Source: Chrysomallon squamiferum
Lineage: Eukaryota > Animalia > Mollusca
Assembly (NCBI GenBank): GCA_012295275.1
Contig: CM022672.1
Coordinates: 20,460,001 to 20,524,000 of the forward strand
Direction: 5' to 3'
DNA: 64,000 bases
A program made the translations under genes and the position numbers. The notes beneath the pieces were generated by a model. That model saw only the letters and a list, made by a program, of their open reading frames with translations. It was not told the DNA's origin and ran no database searches. Within the stretch, counting starts at the first letter, position 1. Each line of letters opens with the position of its first letter. This document shows, piece by piece, positions 32,472-52,409 of this stretch.

Positions 32472-33239
32472 GTAATAATAATATTTGTTGGTTAGTTTGA
32501 ATCGAAACTGGCTGGTCGCCATTTGTAATTTGTTTCACAGCCTTAAATGATTCTGACATTTCAGATACTTTCTTTCTCATAATATCACGGTTAAATGTTA
32601 ACACTCATCAAGACATAGTTTTTTTTTTATATATTATTTAACAACAGTCTGATTACATTTTAATCAATGTAAATATTGTATATCATCTTTACCTGTGCGA
32701 CTTTCGTGTTGCACGTATACTTCCTTGTTTCGAATGACGAATTGTTGTTATATCATTGTGTGTTCCCAGGTACCAATATATGCAAATTGACAAGGTCAGT
32801 TACGCGTTCAAACTGTAAAATGTTGTTGTTCTTGTTTCTATGCTGAATATGTCAACGAATATAAACTCCAAGTTTGATACAAATATCTGCGAAGAGTGTA
32901 TGTTAATATCAGCTATATGAAAGATCGATTAGATAAAAAAGAAAAGTGTTCCATAATGTTATTCTAATTAATTTATTCAGTGAAGAATATCATTGTTACT
33001 AGAAGTTTTACAAATTATAACGGAATTCTTACAAAGTTAATAAGCTATGTCACGTTTCTAGAGTTAAATATTTTTATTCGTATATGTTAGTTGATGGAAT
33101 GAAAATACATCTTACGTTTTAATTTTAAGGCATTTTTGCATTTTTTAAAACGTTTTTGTTTTTTGTTTCGGTCTCGTATAATTTAATATAAAGGCAAACA
33201 AAAAGAAATGCTAATATATAACATTATTTATATTATATC

Positions 33240-33665
33240 ATCCGATGGTTCTGCTGGAGAAAGTTGAGGATGTTTGGGCCGACACAATTGCCGACAGTCC
33301 TCAGGATGAAAAGCTAACATTACTAATGGACTACGTCACACCTGGATAGAAGGGCCATGGACTCCAGAAATATGGAACCATTTTGGCAATGACAGTCACA
33401 GGACAAATAACCACTTGAAAGGATGGCGCCATAAAATCAATCAAATCGGCCAGAAGAGTCCTCCGAACATATTTGAGGCTGTAGGTCTATTGAAACGTGA
33501 GCAGTCTACAGTCCTAGTCAAACTACAGCAGTTAGATGGTCACTGGCGAGCTCCGGCACGAAAACGAAAATACCGAGCTGTCGATGCCAGAATCCGGTCT
33601 CTGAAAGACGAGTAGATCAGCCACAACATGACAGACATGGAGTACACTGACCACGTCGGCGAGCT
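33240..33665 (+). mobile_element. MULE-family transposase remnant (C-terminal part, frameshifted)
   Basis: DYV..TWI..WNHF..RTNNHLKGWRHKIN..PNIFEAVGLLKREQ resembles the MULE RTNN-x-x-EGW...HPNI motif. Confidence 0.75.
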
Positions 33666-35419
33666 TTTGCATTTCAACAGAAAGCTACGAGAATCAACGG
33701 AAATATTATTTAAAATAAATCACCTTCATTTGCTTTCCTTCTTCATTTTTTTTCATCATTTCATTCTTTAATTCTTTCTTTATTTATTTGCTATTTTGTT
33801 GGTTTATTTATTTATTTGTTTATTCTGTGGTTTGTTGTTCTCTCATGTATACACTTCTCTTTGAAAATTTAATTTTTTCTGTATCTTGTAATAGTTGTAG
33901 TCGCCGTTATTGTCATACTGTCACACAGACTAAAAACAGATAATTAATTATATTGGTTTTCTGAAATATTATTAATCAGTTTTGAGGAAAATCTTTGAAA
34001 GACGTTTATAATATAGCAATGTTAACAATAATGGAATACATTTATTATTATTATTATTATTATATAAAATCAGTGAAAGTTTCATGTTGTTGGCGTTTAT
34101 TATAAAAAGATATTTTCTCATATAAATAAATAAATAAGAAACCAATTAATTAGATTAACATTAAAACAAAAAGAACAATATAAAATAAAATAAAATAAAA
34201 TAAAATAAAATAAATAAATAAAGAAAACTTAAAAAAAAGAAAAGAAAAAAGAATAATTTAAAGAAGCAATCAAACAAACAAAAACAGTTTTTTTTTTACA
34301 TTTGTTTCAGTTAAAAATTGAATTGAATTAATAAATGAATATTTAACAATAGTTTTAATTTATTCTGTGTTAGTTATATGCCTTCTGATCATAATAAAAG
34401 AAAAGGAAAACATCTTTTGCCATATAAAACTAATATTTATAAATTACAAATAAAAGACTTGACGTAGTTATCGGCAACCAGCATTTTTGAATTTACATCT
34501 ATGTTCATTTTTTAATGAGTTGTAGGGACATAAACAAATAATCACCACATAGAAAAACAGGTAAATGGCCGGAACTTAAAAACTATCATATGGATTTACT
34601 TCAAATATTGAGTGAATAAAGACAATAAACTGTTCTATTATTAAATTCAATTTCAGGTATGAAATAGCATGTAACTGTATTACTGAACTCACTATCAAAC
34701 AAACAACACAGATCAAGAGCAATTTTTATTTCAAAGCAAATAATAATGTGGTTAACAATGTTAAAAAATGTTAAAAAAACACACGATACTGCACATTTTG
34801 TACTGTTAGATAATCGAACGGGATAGATGTTATTATTATTATTTTTAAAACGTACTCTATGATCATAATTTGAGACCAAGACCATGTTAATACAATCTCC
34901 TTATATCATATAAGTACAAATATTAATAAAGGACAAAGACATATTTACAAACTGAATATTAAAGATTGTTTTTTTTTTTCTAGATACCTCTGGAACAGTG
35001 CTTCTCATATGGATGGTACTCGGCTTTAGTTTCGTAAATTGTTTCAATTAGTGCTACTATAAAAGTATAATGGTCAAAAACGATAATGACAAACTGGTGA
35101 GCTTGGACTCTGAGAACCACTGCTCTAGAAGATGTTAATTATCTGTTATTACTTATTGTCTACCTAACATCTGTTTTGATGAAACGTTCAGAGAATTTTA
35201 TATCAGCTGTTTAATGGCACGTCTGCTTTTATGATTTCTGGAGTAGTGCAACAATAATGAAATTTATTACGCAAACAGTTCACTCGTTATAAGGACAGTC
35301 AGTTTGTAAAGAGAATTCTCTATGAATTATTTAGTGGCACTTCTCTGTATTATTTCTGAAGAAGTTCAACAGTCATTAAAATATTTGAATCTATCTATAT
35401 CATAATATCTGAATTTACT

Positions 35420-39518
<4,099 letters not shown>

Positions 39519-40221
39519 CTACAATAGAAATACCAGTAACAGAAATAAAATAAAAGTTTAAAAGTTATGTACAATCACAAATGTATGATTGTATGCATGT
39601 TTCTATGTATCCACATATGTCGGTATGTATATGTGTATGTATTGCATAGTATTGCACTGCATTGTACCGTATGTTCTGTGGGTATATGTGTAGGTGTACA
39701 TACGGGTATGTCTGTATATGTGTTGGTGTGTTGGAATCCACACTTTCTGGTCGCCATTTGTAATTTTTTCATAGTCTTAAATCATTCTGACATTTCAGAT
39801 ACTTTCTTTCTCATAATATCAAGGTTAAATGTTAACACTCATCAAGACAAAGTTTTTGTATATGTAATTTTACAACAGTCTGATTACATTTTAATCAAAG
39901 TAAACATTGTATAACATCTTTACCTGTGCGACTTTCGTGCTTCACGTATACTTCCTTGTTTCTATAAACAAGTTGTATTTATTGCTTTGGGAATTGTCAT
40001 TTAGTAAAGAAGAATAAAAATTCTAACATTTTATACACACAATAATTTCATTAGTCATTTCAAGTAATTTATTCAGTGGAGAATGTCACTGTTACTGAAA
40101 GTTTTAAAAAGTGACGAAATTCTTACATAGTGGGCTAAGCTATGTGGAGTTAGATACTTTTATCCATATCAGATTAAATACCAATGTAAACAACTATAAG
40201 AGCGAAAAATATTAATAGTTT

Positions 40222-40278
<57 letters not shown>

Positions 40279-42060
40279 GTAATAATAATATTTGTTGGTT
40301 AGTTTGAATCGAAACTGGCTGGTCGCCATTTGTAATTTGTTTCACAGCCTTAAATGATTCTGACATTTCAGATACTTTCTTTCTCATAATATCACGGTTA
40401 AATGTTAACACTCATCAAGACATAGTTTTTTTTTTATATATTATTTAACAACAGTCTGATTACATTTTAATCAATGTAAATATTGTATAACATCTTTACC
40501 TGTGCGACTTTCGTGTTGCACAAATACTTCCTAGTTTCGAATGACAAATTGTTGTTATATCACTGTGTATTCCCAGTTACCAATATATGCAAATTAACAA
40601 GGTCAGTTACGCGGTTAACTGTAAAATGTTGTTGTTGTTGTTTCTATGCTGCATATGTCAACGAATATAAACTCTAAGTTTGATACAAATATCTGCGAAG
40701 AGTGTATGTTAATATCAGCTATGTGAAAGATCGATTAGATAAAAAAGAAAAGTGTTCCAGAATATTATTCTAATTAATTTATTCAGTGAAATACCAATGT
40801 AAACAATGTCATTCTTACTTTGAATAATTTTGCAAATTATAACGGAATTCTAATAATAAAGTTTTATTGGTTGGTTTGAATAAACTGGCGTCGCCATTTG
40901 TCACGTTTCTAGAGTTAAATATTTTATACTTCGTATATATGTTAAATGTTGATGGATCCAGTCAAAATTTTTGTATATGTAATACAGTATGATTAGATTT
41001 TAATCAAAGTAAACATGATATAACATCTTTACCTGTGCGATTTTCGCAGGCTTACGTATATTTTCTTTTTTCGAATGACGAATTATATTTATAGCTTTCG
41101 GAATTCCCAGTTACTAATATATACAAGATGACAAGGTCAGTTACGCTGTGAAACTGTAAAATTTATACATGATACACATACAGTTCTTTTGTTATTGCAT
41201 TTGCTGTATTTAAATATTATTATTTTTATTATTATTGTTGTCGTTGTTGTTGCTGTTTTGTTGAAGTTGTTATTGTTATTGTTCTCCTTGTTACTATGCT
41301 GCATATATCATCGAATATTACTGATATACAAATATTTACGAAGAGTATATGTTAATATATCAGCAATCTGAACGATGGATTAGATAAAAAAGAAAAGTTT
41401 TCCTGAATGTTATTTTAACTAATTTATTCACTATTACTAGAAGTTTTACAAATGATGATGGAATTCTTACAAAGTTGGGTCAGCTATGTCTCGTGTTTAG
41501 AGTTAAATATTTTCATTTGTATATGTTAGTTGCTGGAATAATAATACATTTTATGTTTTAATTTTAAGGCTTTTTGCTTCTTTTTTTTTTAAATTTCCTT
41601 TTTTGTTTCATCCTCATATAATTTTAAATAAAGATTAACAAAAAGAAATGCTAGTAAATAACATTATTTGTATACCAGGATATCATGTTTAAACAACAGA
41701 GTCATATTTGCTAATATTCAATTAAATAAAGGATTGTATTAACATATAACTGACACAGAATAACTTAAAACGTTTGTTAGAACAAACAACTCAAATGTTT
41801 TATCTGCTAGGCAGCTATTATGTTTATTTCTAATCATTTTCCTTACTGTTATATATATATATATGTATGTAAATTAATAATAATAACAACAACAATAAGA
41901 TAGGGATATCGTTTAAGTCGTTTGGTATATAGTCATAATATACAAGTATAAAAGATTACTGAATCTTTTAAAAATCATGTTCATTCTATTTTTAACTGAA
42001 ATTATTTTGATATAAAGATATAAAATGATAATTCGTATATAATCAGAATAGTTTCTATTA

Positions 42061-42095
<35 letters not shown>

Positions 42096-42724
42096 TTTTT
42101 TTTATTTTTTTTTTTTAATTATAACCTGCCGCGGCAAGCGAAATACTTTATACGATAAGCCTTTTCAAGATAGCTTTATAATAGTAAAGTTCTTGATGTA
42201 TGTCAAAACCATTTATTATAATGAAAATTATTACACAATCAATTCACTCGTTATAAGGACCGTCAGTTTGTAAAGTACACCTCAAAGAAAAAAAAAAAAA
42301 ATAATAATAATAAAAATAATAATAATAATAATAAAAATTAACAGAAATATGGATATTGTCCGTTATCGATCAAAATTGTTACCTCCAATATTTTTTAGAT
42401 AAAACCAAAATCAAAATTAGATATAGAAAATTGCAATTCTGGAAATCCATGTGAGTGATTGCAAATATCAATTTTTTATTTGTGGTTTCAAGATATTAAG
42501 TGTTAACAATCAGTAAAGTTGTATATTTTGGGTGTATGTGTTTTGGTGGGTGTGTTTTTTTCCCACCGGATATATGCATTTCAATTTATCAATTTCAATA
42601 TAAATAATACAAAGCAGGACTAAAAGGAGCGACAATTAATTATCAGTTTAATGTTCCTGAAAATATATTTGCAGATATAAACATAATACAAATGTTTCCT
42701 CATGAAAGACCAAATAAAACTTAC

Positions 42725-43291
42725 CATGTAAAAGTGGTTACACAATGTGATGTGCAGTCATTGTGTAATGATCTTATACAAGGAAACCAGTTGCTGTTGC
42801 GACAGGGGTGATGATTTTACCAACTGGACAATCATTTTCAGAAATTGCAACTCGTCAATACACCACCGGACATTTTAGAAAATCCTCTAAAATCTGTAAC
42901 CAAAACGAAAACCTCAAATGCTTTCTTACTGTGTAAAAACTTTGACACGCAAATTTGTTTTAGAAAAACACAAACAACAACAACAAAACAACAACAAACA
43001 AACAAACAAACAAACAAAACAAACACTAAGAAGGAAACACACCTAAGAATCACCAAACAAAACCTAACAAATAACCAATCAAAAGAGCAACAAACTACAT
43101 AATTTTATTTTTGTGTTGGTGTTTTTGGTATTTTATATTTGTTTGTTTGGATAGATAGATAGATAGATAGATAGAGAGACAGATTTACCCATAGCAAATA
43201 AAAAGCAGTAACATTTAATATTAGGTGTACTGAGATATAATTAAACTTTTATTTAATCAAATTATAAAATAATGTCTATGCTGATGATGAA

Positions 43292-43339
<48 letters not shown>

Positions 43340-45604
43340 TCTTTGATCATGATATATTAATAATGATAAAACTATGATGACGAAGATAATAATAATTATT
43401 TTGATGCTGATGATGAAAATAATATAACAATGATCATATATTATTATGATGAAGATATTAATATAATATAATGCAGTACAGTACAATACAATATAATACA
43501 ATATAATATAATATAATATAATACAATATAATACAATATAATACAATATAATATAATATAATATAATATAATATAATATAATATAAAGATAATGATAGCA
43601 TAATGATAATGTTGATGAAGAAACAAACAGTAACTGTACAGACCTGGTTCGGGTTTTGTATGTTTCATGCTTTCTGTTGCTATGTATTCCACTGTGCATC
43701 CTCTGCCAAGCTGTACAATACCAGGCCCTCCATGGCCCGTGGCTTTCACTTTGACTCCAGTGGATGATCTTTCTCTTTCAACTAACAAAAAAGAAAGAAA
43801 ACAATAAAATAATAATAATAATTATAATGAAAAACATTGAAAAAAAAAAATAAAAGAAAGAAAGAAAAATAATTAATACATTTTTGACAAGTTAACAAGT
43901 TCAGTCATTCGCGTCGTTCATTTCTTCATTTTGTTTATTTCTATTATTTCTATTATTATTATTATTATTATTATTACTATTATTATTATCTTATAGGAAA
44001 TACTGATACTTCACTTTGTGTTTGCTTATTTGAGGCAAATTTGTGGTTTCCTATAAATATAATGCTTGATTTTGGTCCTAATTGAATAATGCCTCCATCC
44101 TTAGCAGTTAGATCCAGATTGCCTGTACAGCATCAAAAAAAAAAAAAAAAAAAAAAAAATATCTGTATTATGGAGAATGGAAATAAAATAAAATAATACT
44201 AATCCTGTGACAGAAAACAGACTTATGTGTCTTACTTGTAGAACGTCGAAAACATAACATCTATTGTCACAGAAAACAGATATATATGTATTACATAAAG
44301 AACGTCAAAAACAAAACTTATCTTTTTCATAGAAAAGAGATATGATATATCTGTATTGCTTGTAAAATGACAAAAAGAATACTTAACTCTAGTCACAGAA
44401 AACAGATATATCTGTATTAGTTGTGGAACGTTAGAAACAATACTAAATTATCGTATTATAGTAGAAAACGTTCAGACATATTTGTAGAAGGTCAAACAAT
44501 CAAACAATCATAAAGTTTTGAATTATTATAGAAAATATTCAGAAACATCAATATTAATCGTAGAACGTCCAAAATAATATCAACACTTGTCCTGTCACAT
44601 ATAGTGGTCAGAAATATCTGTCTTGCTTGTAGAAGGAGAATGTTTTTATACATAAGAAAAACCTTGATATTTTTCTTTTCTGAAATGGATAAAGAAATAT
44701 ATTAAATATAGGGGACTATCACCAGAGTGAATTATCAATTGTTGTTACGATAAAAACTGGACATTAGAAATAAATACAACAACTTTTCGAACAATAATAT
44801 ACCTAGTTCATTTAATGGTACAACTAAAAGTACAGTTTAAGAGAATATATATTTCAAACACACACACGCACATGCTCACGCACGCACACACACACAGAGG
44901 GACTTAGTTACCTGTTTCGTTCATTGTTATGTCCTGATTGGAAATTATCTCTTCTCTGTTTACATCATCGCGAATCGATGGCATTGTCGGGTCAGCCTTT
45001 ATCATAAAGATGTGCGTGAAAAAACAACAATAATAAATCCATAATTATTTGAACTTTGAAGAAAACAAGATTATTTCATATATTTTTTAATTCATTTTTT
45101 TGTTTTTCATTTTTATTTTTATTTTTTTGTTAAATAAATATATTGATACAGTCTACGCCTATCTTGTTGACAAACATTAGAAACGAATAACTGAACTTCA
45201 AAACTATTTTGAATGAAGATAACACACACATACATTTGAATATGTGTATGTATATACGTTTGTATATATGTATTTTTTATTTGTTTAGGTATGTATATAT
45301 GTATGTATACAAGTATGTAGTATATGAGCATATTTAAATATGTTCATGAGTGTATGTGTGTGTGTATTTAGATACATACAAAAATATATGTAACTAAGTA
45401 GAAATATAAAATGTGTTTAAAAGGCAATGGATCGAGAACGCGTATATTTACAGGAGATGATACTTTAGGCTGTTGTACTTCACTGGATGACACATAATTA
45501 TCGCTAGTCGTTTGTTTATCATTAAAGACGAGCTCATCTTTACCACGTGGATGTTTTTCTTGCTGTGGTCGTTGTGTTTGTGTTTTACAACAAATGTTAC
45601 CCAT
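42725..45604 (-). pseudogene. FAM111-like copy 5: open N-terminal exons (45452-45604, 44912-44996, 44015-44122, 43644-43781); His exon (42725-42893) broken; catalytic exon missing
   Basis: MGNICCK start, IQLG and VQLG motifs, early TGA at 42838; only a short stub resembling the last exon's end remains at ~42220-42278. Confidence 0.8.
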
Positions 45605-46559
45605 CTACAAAAGAAATACCAGTAACAGAAAGAAATTAAAAGTTTAAAAGTGATGTACAATCACAAATGTATGATTGTATGCATGTTTCTATGTATCCAC
45701 ATATGTCAGTATGTATATGTGTATGTATTGCATTGTATTGTACTTCATTGTACTGTATGTTCATATCTACAATAGAAACACCAGTAACGGAAATAAAATA
45801 AAAGTCTTAAAATAATATACTCACAAAAATGTATGCATATACGTCTGTATATCAGTATGTATGTATTTTAGGATTTGAATATTTTCTGTCTAATGTACGT
45901 CAGATTAGACTATGCACATAGACAATATTCGGGAACGCACTGACTAAGGAGGAAACGTCAAGTCTCGACTTCACGAACCACGAGACTCGAATCTATGATA
46001 GCCATTCGCCTGCACCCCGAAGGCGGACATATATATATATATATATAAATAGCATTTTATTGTAGTGTATGTGTGTATGAATATGTGTCTGTTTGTATAT
46101 AGGTTTGCAATTGTTATACTATTTGCATTGTGTTGTGTTGTATTGTATTGTAGTATGTATGTGTGTGTTTGTGTGTAAGTATATGTGTAGATTTGAATGA
46201 TAACTGTAGATATGTTTGAACCGAAACTGGCTGGTCGACATTTATCATTTGTTTTTCATAGCCTGAAATGATACTGACATTTCAAATACTTTCTTTCTCA
46301 CAATATTACGGTTAAATGTTAACATTCAACAAGACATAATTTTTGAATATATAATTTTACAACAGTCTGATTACATTTTAATCAATGTAAATATTGTATA
46401 TCATCTTTACCTGTGCGACTTTCGTGTTGCACGTATACTTCCTTGTTTCGAATGACGAATTGTTGTTATATCATTGTGTATTCTCAGTTTCCAATACATG
46501 CAAATTGACAAGGTCAGTAACGCGATGAAACTGTAAAATGTTGTTGTTGTTGTTGTTAG

Positions 46560-46725
46560 TGAAACGTGAGCAGTCTACAGTGGAAGTCAAAGTACAGCAG
46601 TTAGATGGTCACTGGCGAGCTCCAGCACGAAAACGAAAATACCGAGCTGTCGATGCCAGAATCCGGTCTGTGAAAGACGAGTAGATCAGCCACAACATGA
46701 CAGACATGGAGTACACTGACCACGT
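46560..46725 (+). mobile_element. Truncated copy of the MULE remnant
   Basis: Near-identical to 33492-33655. Confidence 0.7.
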
Positions 46726-48429
46726 CATCAACGAGAATCAACGGAAATATTATTTAAAATAAATCACCTTCTTCGTTTTGTTTTCCTCGTTTCATTCTTT
46801 AATTCTTTCTTTCTTTATTTGCTATTTTGTTGGTTTATTTATTTATTCAGTGGTTTGTTGCTCTGTCATGTATGTTCTTCGCTTTGAAAATTTAATTTTT
46901 TCTGTATCTTGTAATAGTTGTAGTCGCCGTTATTGTCATACTGTCACACAGACTAAAAACAGATAATTAATTATATTGGTTTTCTGAAATATAATTAATC
47001 AGTTTTGAGGAAAATCTTTGAAAGACGTTTATAATATAGCAATGTTAACAATAATGGAATACATTTATTATTATTATTATTATTATATAAAATCAGTGAA
47101 AGTTTCATGTTGTTGGCGTTTATTATAAAAAAGATATTTTCTCATATAAATAAATAAATAAGAAACCAATTAATTAGATTAACATTAAAACAAAAAGAAC
47201 AATATAAAATAAAATAAAATAAAATAAAATAAAATAAATAAAGAAATAAAGAAAATTTAAAAAAAAGAAAAGAAAAAAGAATAATTTAAAGAAGCAATCA
47301 AACAAACAAAAACAGTTGTTTTTTTTACATTTGATTCAGTTAAAAATTGAATTGAATTAATAAATGAATATTTAACAATAGTTTTAATTTATTCTATGTT
47401 AGTTATATGCCTTCTTATCATAATAAAAAGAAAAAGGAAAACATCTTTTGCCATATAAATCTAATATTTATAAATCACAAATAAAAGACTTGACGTAGTT
47501 ATCGGTAACCAACATTTTTGAATTTACATCTGTTTTCATTTTTTCATGAGTTGTAGGGACATAAACAATTAATCACCACAGAGTAAAACAGGTAAATGGC
47601 CGCAACTTAAAAACTATCATATGGATTTGCTTCAAATATTGAGTGAATAAAGACAATAAACTGTTCTATTATTAAATTCAATGTCAGGTATGAAATAGCA
47701 TGTAACTGTAGTACTGAACTCATTATCAAACAAACAACACAGATCAAGAGCAATTTTTTCCCCAAGCAAATGTTGCTGTAAGCCGAGTTAAAAGATGTTA
47801 AAAAAACACACGATACTGCACATTTTGTACGGGATAGATGTTATTATTATTATTTTTAAAACGTACTCTATGATCATAATTTGAGACCAACACCATGTTA
47901 ATACAATCTCCTTATATCATATAAGTACAAATATTAATAAAGGACACAGACATATTTACAAACTGAATATTAAAGATTGTTTTTTTTTTTCTAGATACCC
48001 CTGGAACAGTGCTTCTCATATGGATGGTACTCGGCTTTAGTTTCGTAAATTGTTTCAATTAGTGCTACTATAAAAGTATAATGGTCAAAAACGATAATGA
48101 CAAAATGGTGAGCTTGGACTCTGAGAACCACTGCTCTAGAAGATGTTAATTATCTGTTATTACTTATTGTCTACCTAACATCTGTTTTGATGAAACGTTC
48201 AGAGAATTTTATATCAGCTGTTTAATGGCACGTCTCTTTTATGATTTCTGGAGTAGTGCAACAATAATGAAATTTATTACGCTAACAGTTCACTCGTTAT
48301 AAGAACAGTCAGTTTATAAAGAGAATTCTCTATGAATTATTTAGCGGCACGTCTTTGTATTATTTCTGAAGAAGTTCAACAGTCATTAAAATATTTGAAT
48401 CTATCTATATCATAATATCTGAATTTACT

Positions 48430-49892
48430 CTAATTGAAAATTCTTGATGGATCTCTGAAATATTTCCCGTAACGCGATACCCCTGGTGAATCAGAAGCAC
48501 CTTTTTCAAATGTGCAGTGAAACCTTACAAAATTTGGATTTCGAAGTCCTTCATGGCCAGAAGTGGGGAATTTATTCCTGATGCAGAATTGGGATGCCTT
48601 TTCAACCGTTTCGTTTGTTAGATCAATTACTAAGCAATTTGTGTTACGTTTTTTGTTTTCGCCTCTGTCGTGACCCACAAACGTGAAGGGCACGTCGCTT
48701 TTGACATCACAAAACAAAACAGGCGGTGGTGGCGTCCTGTTTTAAGATTTCGCTCAAGAACAATAACATCCAGTTGTTTCTCTCTGTAGAGTACGGAATG
48801 AAAGGTGAATATCAGTTACGTGTTTCCAGTATTTTCACTTTCAAAACTGATCTAAATTCATCGGATTATCTGAATAATGAAATAATATAACAGAATTATT
48901 GGTACATGAACACTGCCATCCATACCTAACTATTTCGCTATATACATAAACAGTTATCTATTTAAGCGTTATCTATGCATATATCTATTTATGTGTCTCT
49001 CCATAACAAGTGAGAAAATAGTCCTCACTGATGTTTAACACGTTACACCTCAAACAAATAAAAAAAAAAAAAAAAAAAAAAAAAATTAACAGAAATATGG
49101 ATATTGTCCGTTATCAATCAAAATTGTTATCTCCAATATTTTTTAGATAAAGCCAAAATCAAAATTAGATATAGAAAATTGCAATTCTGGAAATCCATGT
49201 GAGTGATTGCAAATATCAATTTTTTATTTGTGGTTTCAAGATATTAAGTGTTAACAATCAGTAAAGTTGTATATTTTGGGTGTATGTGTTTTGGTGTATG
49301 TGTTTTTTTCCCACCGGATATATGCATTTCAATTTATCAATTTCAATATAAATAATACAAAGCAGGACTAAAAGGAGCGACAATTAATTATCAGTTTAAT
49401 GTTCCTGAAAATATATTTGCAGATATAAACATAATACAAATGTTTCCTCATGAAAGACCAAATAAAACTTACCATGTAAAAATGGTTTCACAATGTGATG
49501 TGCAGTCATTATGTAATGATCTTATACAAGGAAACCAGTTGCTGTTGCGAGAGGGGTGATGATTTTACCAACTGGACAATCATTTTCAGAAATTCCAACT
49601 CCTCGATACGCCACCGGACATTTTAGAAAATCCTCTAAAATCTGTAACCAAAACAAAAACCTCAAGTGCTTTCTTACTGTGTAAAAACTTTGACACGCAA
49701 ATTTTTTTTTAGAAAAACACAAACAACAACAACAAAACAACAACAAACAAACAAACAAACAAAACAAACACTAAGAAGGAAACACACCTAAAAATCACCA
49801 AACAAAACCTAACAAATAACCAATCAAAAGAGCAACAAACTACATAATTTTATTTTTGTGTTTGTGTTTTTGGTATTTTATATTTGTTTGTT

Positions 49893-49948
<56 letters not shown>

Positions 49949-50607
49949 CAGATTTACCCGTAGCAAATAAAAAGCAGTAACATTTAATATTAGGTGTACT
50001 GAGATATAATTAAACTTTTATTTAATCAAATTATAAAATAATGTCTATGCTGATGATGAAATTAATAATAATAATAATAATAATAATAATTCTTTGATCA
50101 TGATATATTAATAATGATAAAACTATGATGACGAAGATAATAATAATTATTTTGATGCTGATGATGAAAATAATAATAACAATGATCATATATTATTATG
50201 ATGAAGATATTAATATAATATAATGCAGTACAGTACAATACAATACAATACAATATAATATAATACAATACAATATAATATAATATAATATAATATAATA
50301 TAATACAATATAATACAGTATAATATAATATAATATAATATAATATAAATAATATAATATAAAGATAATGATGATAATGTTGACGAGGAAACAAACAGTA
50401 ACTGTACAGACCTGGTTCGGGTTTTGTATGTTTCATGCTTTCTGTGGCTATGTATTCCACTGTGCATCCTCTGCCAAACTGTACAATACCAGGCCCTCCA
50501 TGGCCCGTGGCTTTCACTTTGACTCCAGTGGATGATCTTTCTTTTTCAACTAACAAAAAAGAAAGAAAACAATAAAATAATAATAATAATTATAATGAAA
50601 AAAATTG

Positions 50608-50644
<37 letters not shown>

Positions 50645-50707
50645 CTTTTTTGACAAGTTAACAAGTTCAGTCATTCGCGTCGTTCATTTCTTCATTTTGT
50701 TTATTTC

Positions 50708-50779
<72 letters not shown>

Positions 50780-52409
50780 CTTATAGCAAATACTGATACT
50801 TCACTTTGCGTTTGTTTATTTGAGGCAAATTTGTGGTTTCCTATAAATATAATGCTTGATTTTGGTCCTAACTGAATAATGCCTCCATCCTTAGTAGTTA
50901 GATCCAGATTGCCTGTACAGCATAAAAAAAAAAAAAAAAAAAAAATTAATATCTGTATTACTTGCAGAATGGAAATAAAATAAAATAATACTAATCCTGT
51001 GACAGAAAACAGACTTATGTGTCTTACTTGTAGAACGTCGAAAACAAAACATCTATTGTCACAGAAAACAGATATATATATATGTATTACATATAGAACG
51101 TCAAAAACAAAACTTACCTTTTTCATAGAAAAGAGATATGATATATCTGTATTGCTTGTAAAATGACAAAAAGAATACTTAACTCTAGTCACAGAAAACA
51201 GATATATCTGTATTATTTGTGGAACGTTAGAAATAATAATAAATTCTCGTATTATAGTAGAAAACGTTCAGACATATTTGTAGAAGGTCAAACAATCAAA
51301 CAATCATAAAGTTTTGAATTATTATAGAAAATATTCAGAAACATCAATATTAATCGTAGAACGTCCAAAATAATATCAACACTTGTCCTGTCACATATAG
51401 TGGTCAGAAATATTTGTCTTGCTTGTAGAAGGAGAATGTTTTTATACATAAGAAAAACCTTGATATTTTTCTTTTCTGAAATGGATAAAGAAATATATTA
51501 AATATAGGGGACTATCACCAGAGCGAATTATCAATTGTTGTTACGATAAAAAGTGGATATTAGAAATAAATACAACAACATTTCGAACAATAATATACCT
51601 AGTTCATTTAATGGTACAACTAAAAGTACAGTTTAAGAGAATATATATTTCAAACACACACACGCACATGCTCACGCACGCACACACACACACAGGGACT
51701 TAGTTACCTGTTTCGTTCATTGTTATGTCCTGATTGGAAATTATCTCTTCTCTGTTTACATCATCGCGAATCGATGGCATTGTCGGGTCAGCCTTTATCA
51801 TAAAGGTGTGCGTGAAAAAACAACAATAATAAATCCATAATTATTTGAACTTTGAAGAAAAAAAGATTATTTCATATATTTTTTAATTCATTTTTTTTGT
51901 TTTTCATTTTTATTTTTATTTTTTTGTTAAATAAATATATTGATATACTCTGCGCCTATCTTGTTGACAAACATTAGAAACGAATAACTCAACTTCAAAA
52001 CTATTTTGAATGAAGATAACACACACATACATTTGAATATGTATATATGTGTATGTATATACGTTTGTATATATGTATTTTTTATTTTTTTAGGTATGTA
52101 TATATGTATGTATACAAGTATGTAGTATATGAGCATATTTAAATATGTTTATATGTGTATGTGTGGGTGTATTTAGATACATACAAAAATATATGTAACT
52201 AAGTAGAAATATAAAATGTGTTTAAAAGGCAATGGATCGAGAACACGTATATTTACAGGAGATGATATTTCAGGCTGTTGTACTTCACTGGATGACACAT
52301 AATTATCGGAAGTCCTTTGTTTATCATTAAAGACGAGCTCATCTTTACCACGTGGATGTTTTTCTTGCTGTGGTCGTTGTGTTTGTGTTTTACAACAAAT
52401 GTTACCCAT
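48430..52409 (-). pseudogene. FAM111-like copy 6: open N-terminal exons (52257-52409, 51708-51792, 50805-50912, 50412-50549); protease exons (49473-49641, 48430-48869) disrupted
   Basis: Same early stop and 3' deletion as copy 4; GASDSP; RHIM-like cores IQLG and VQFG. Confidence 0.8.
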
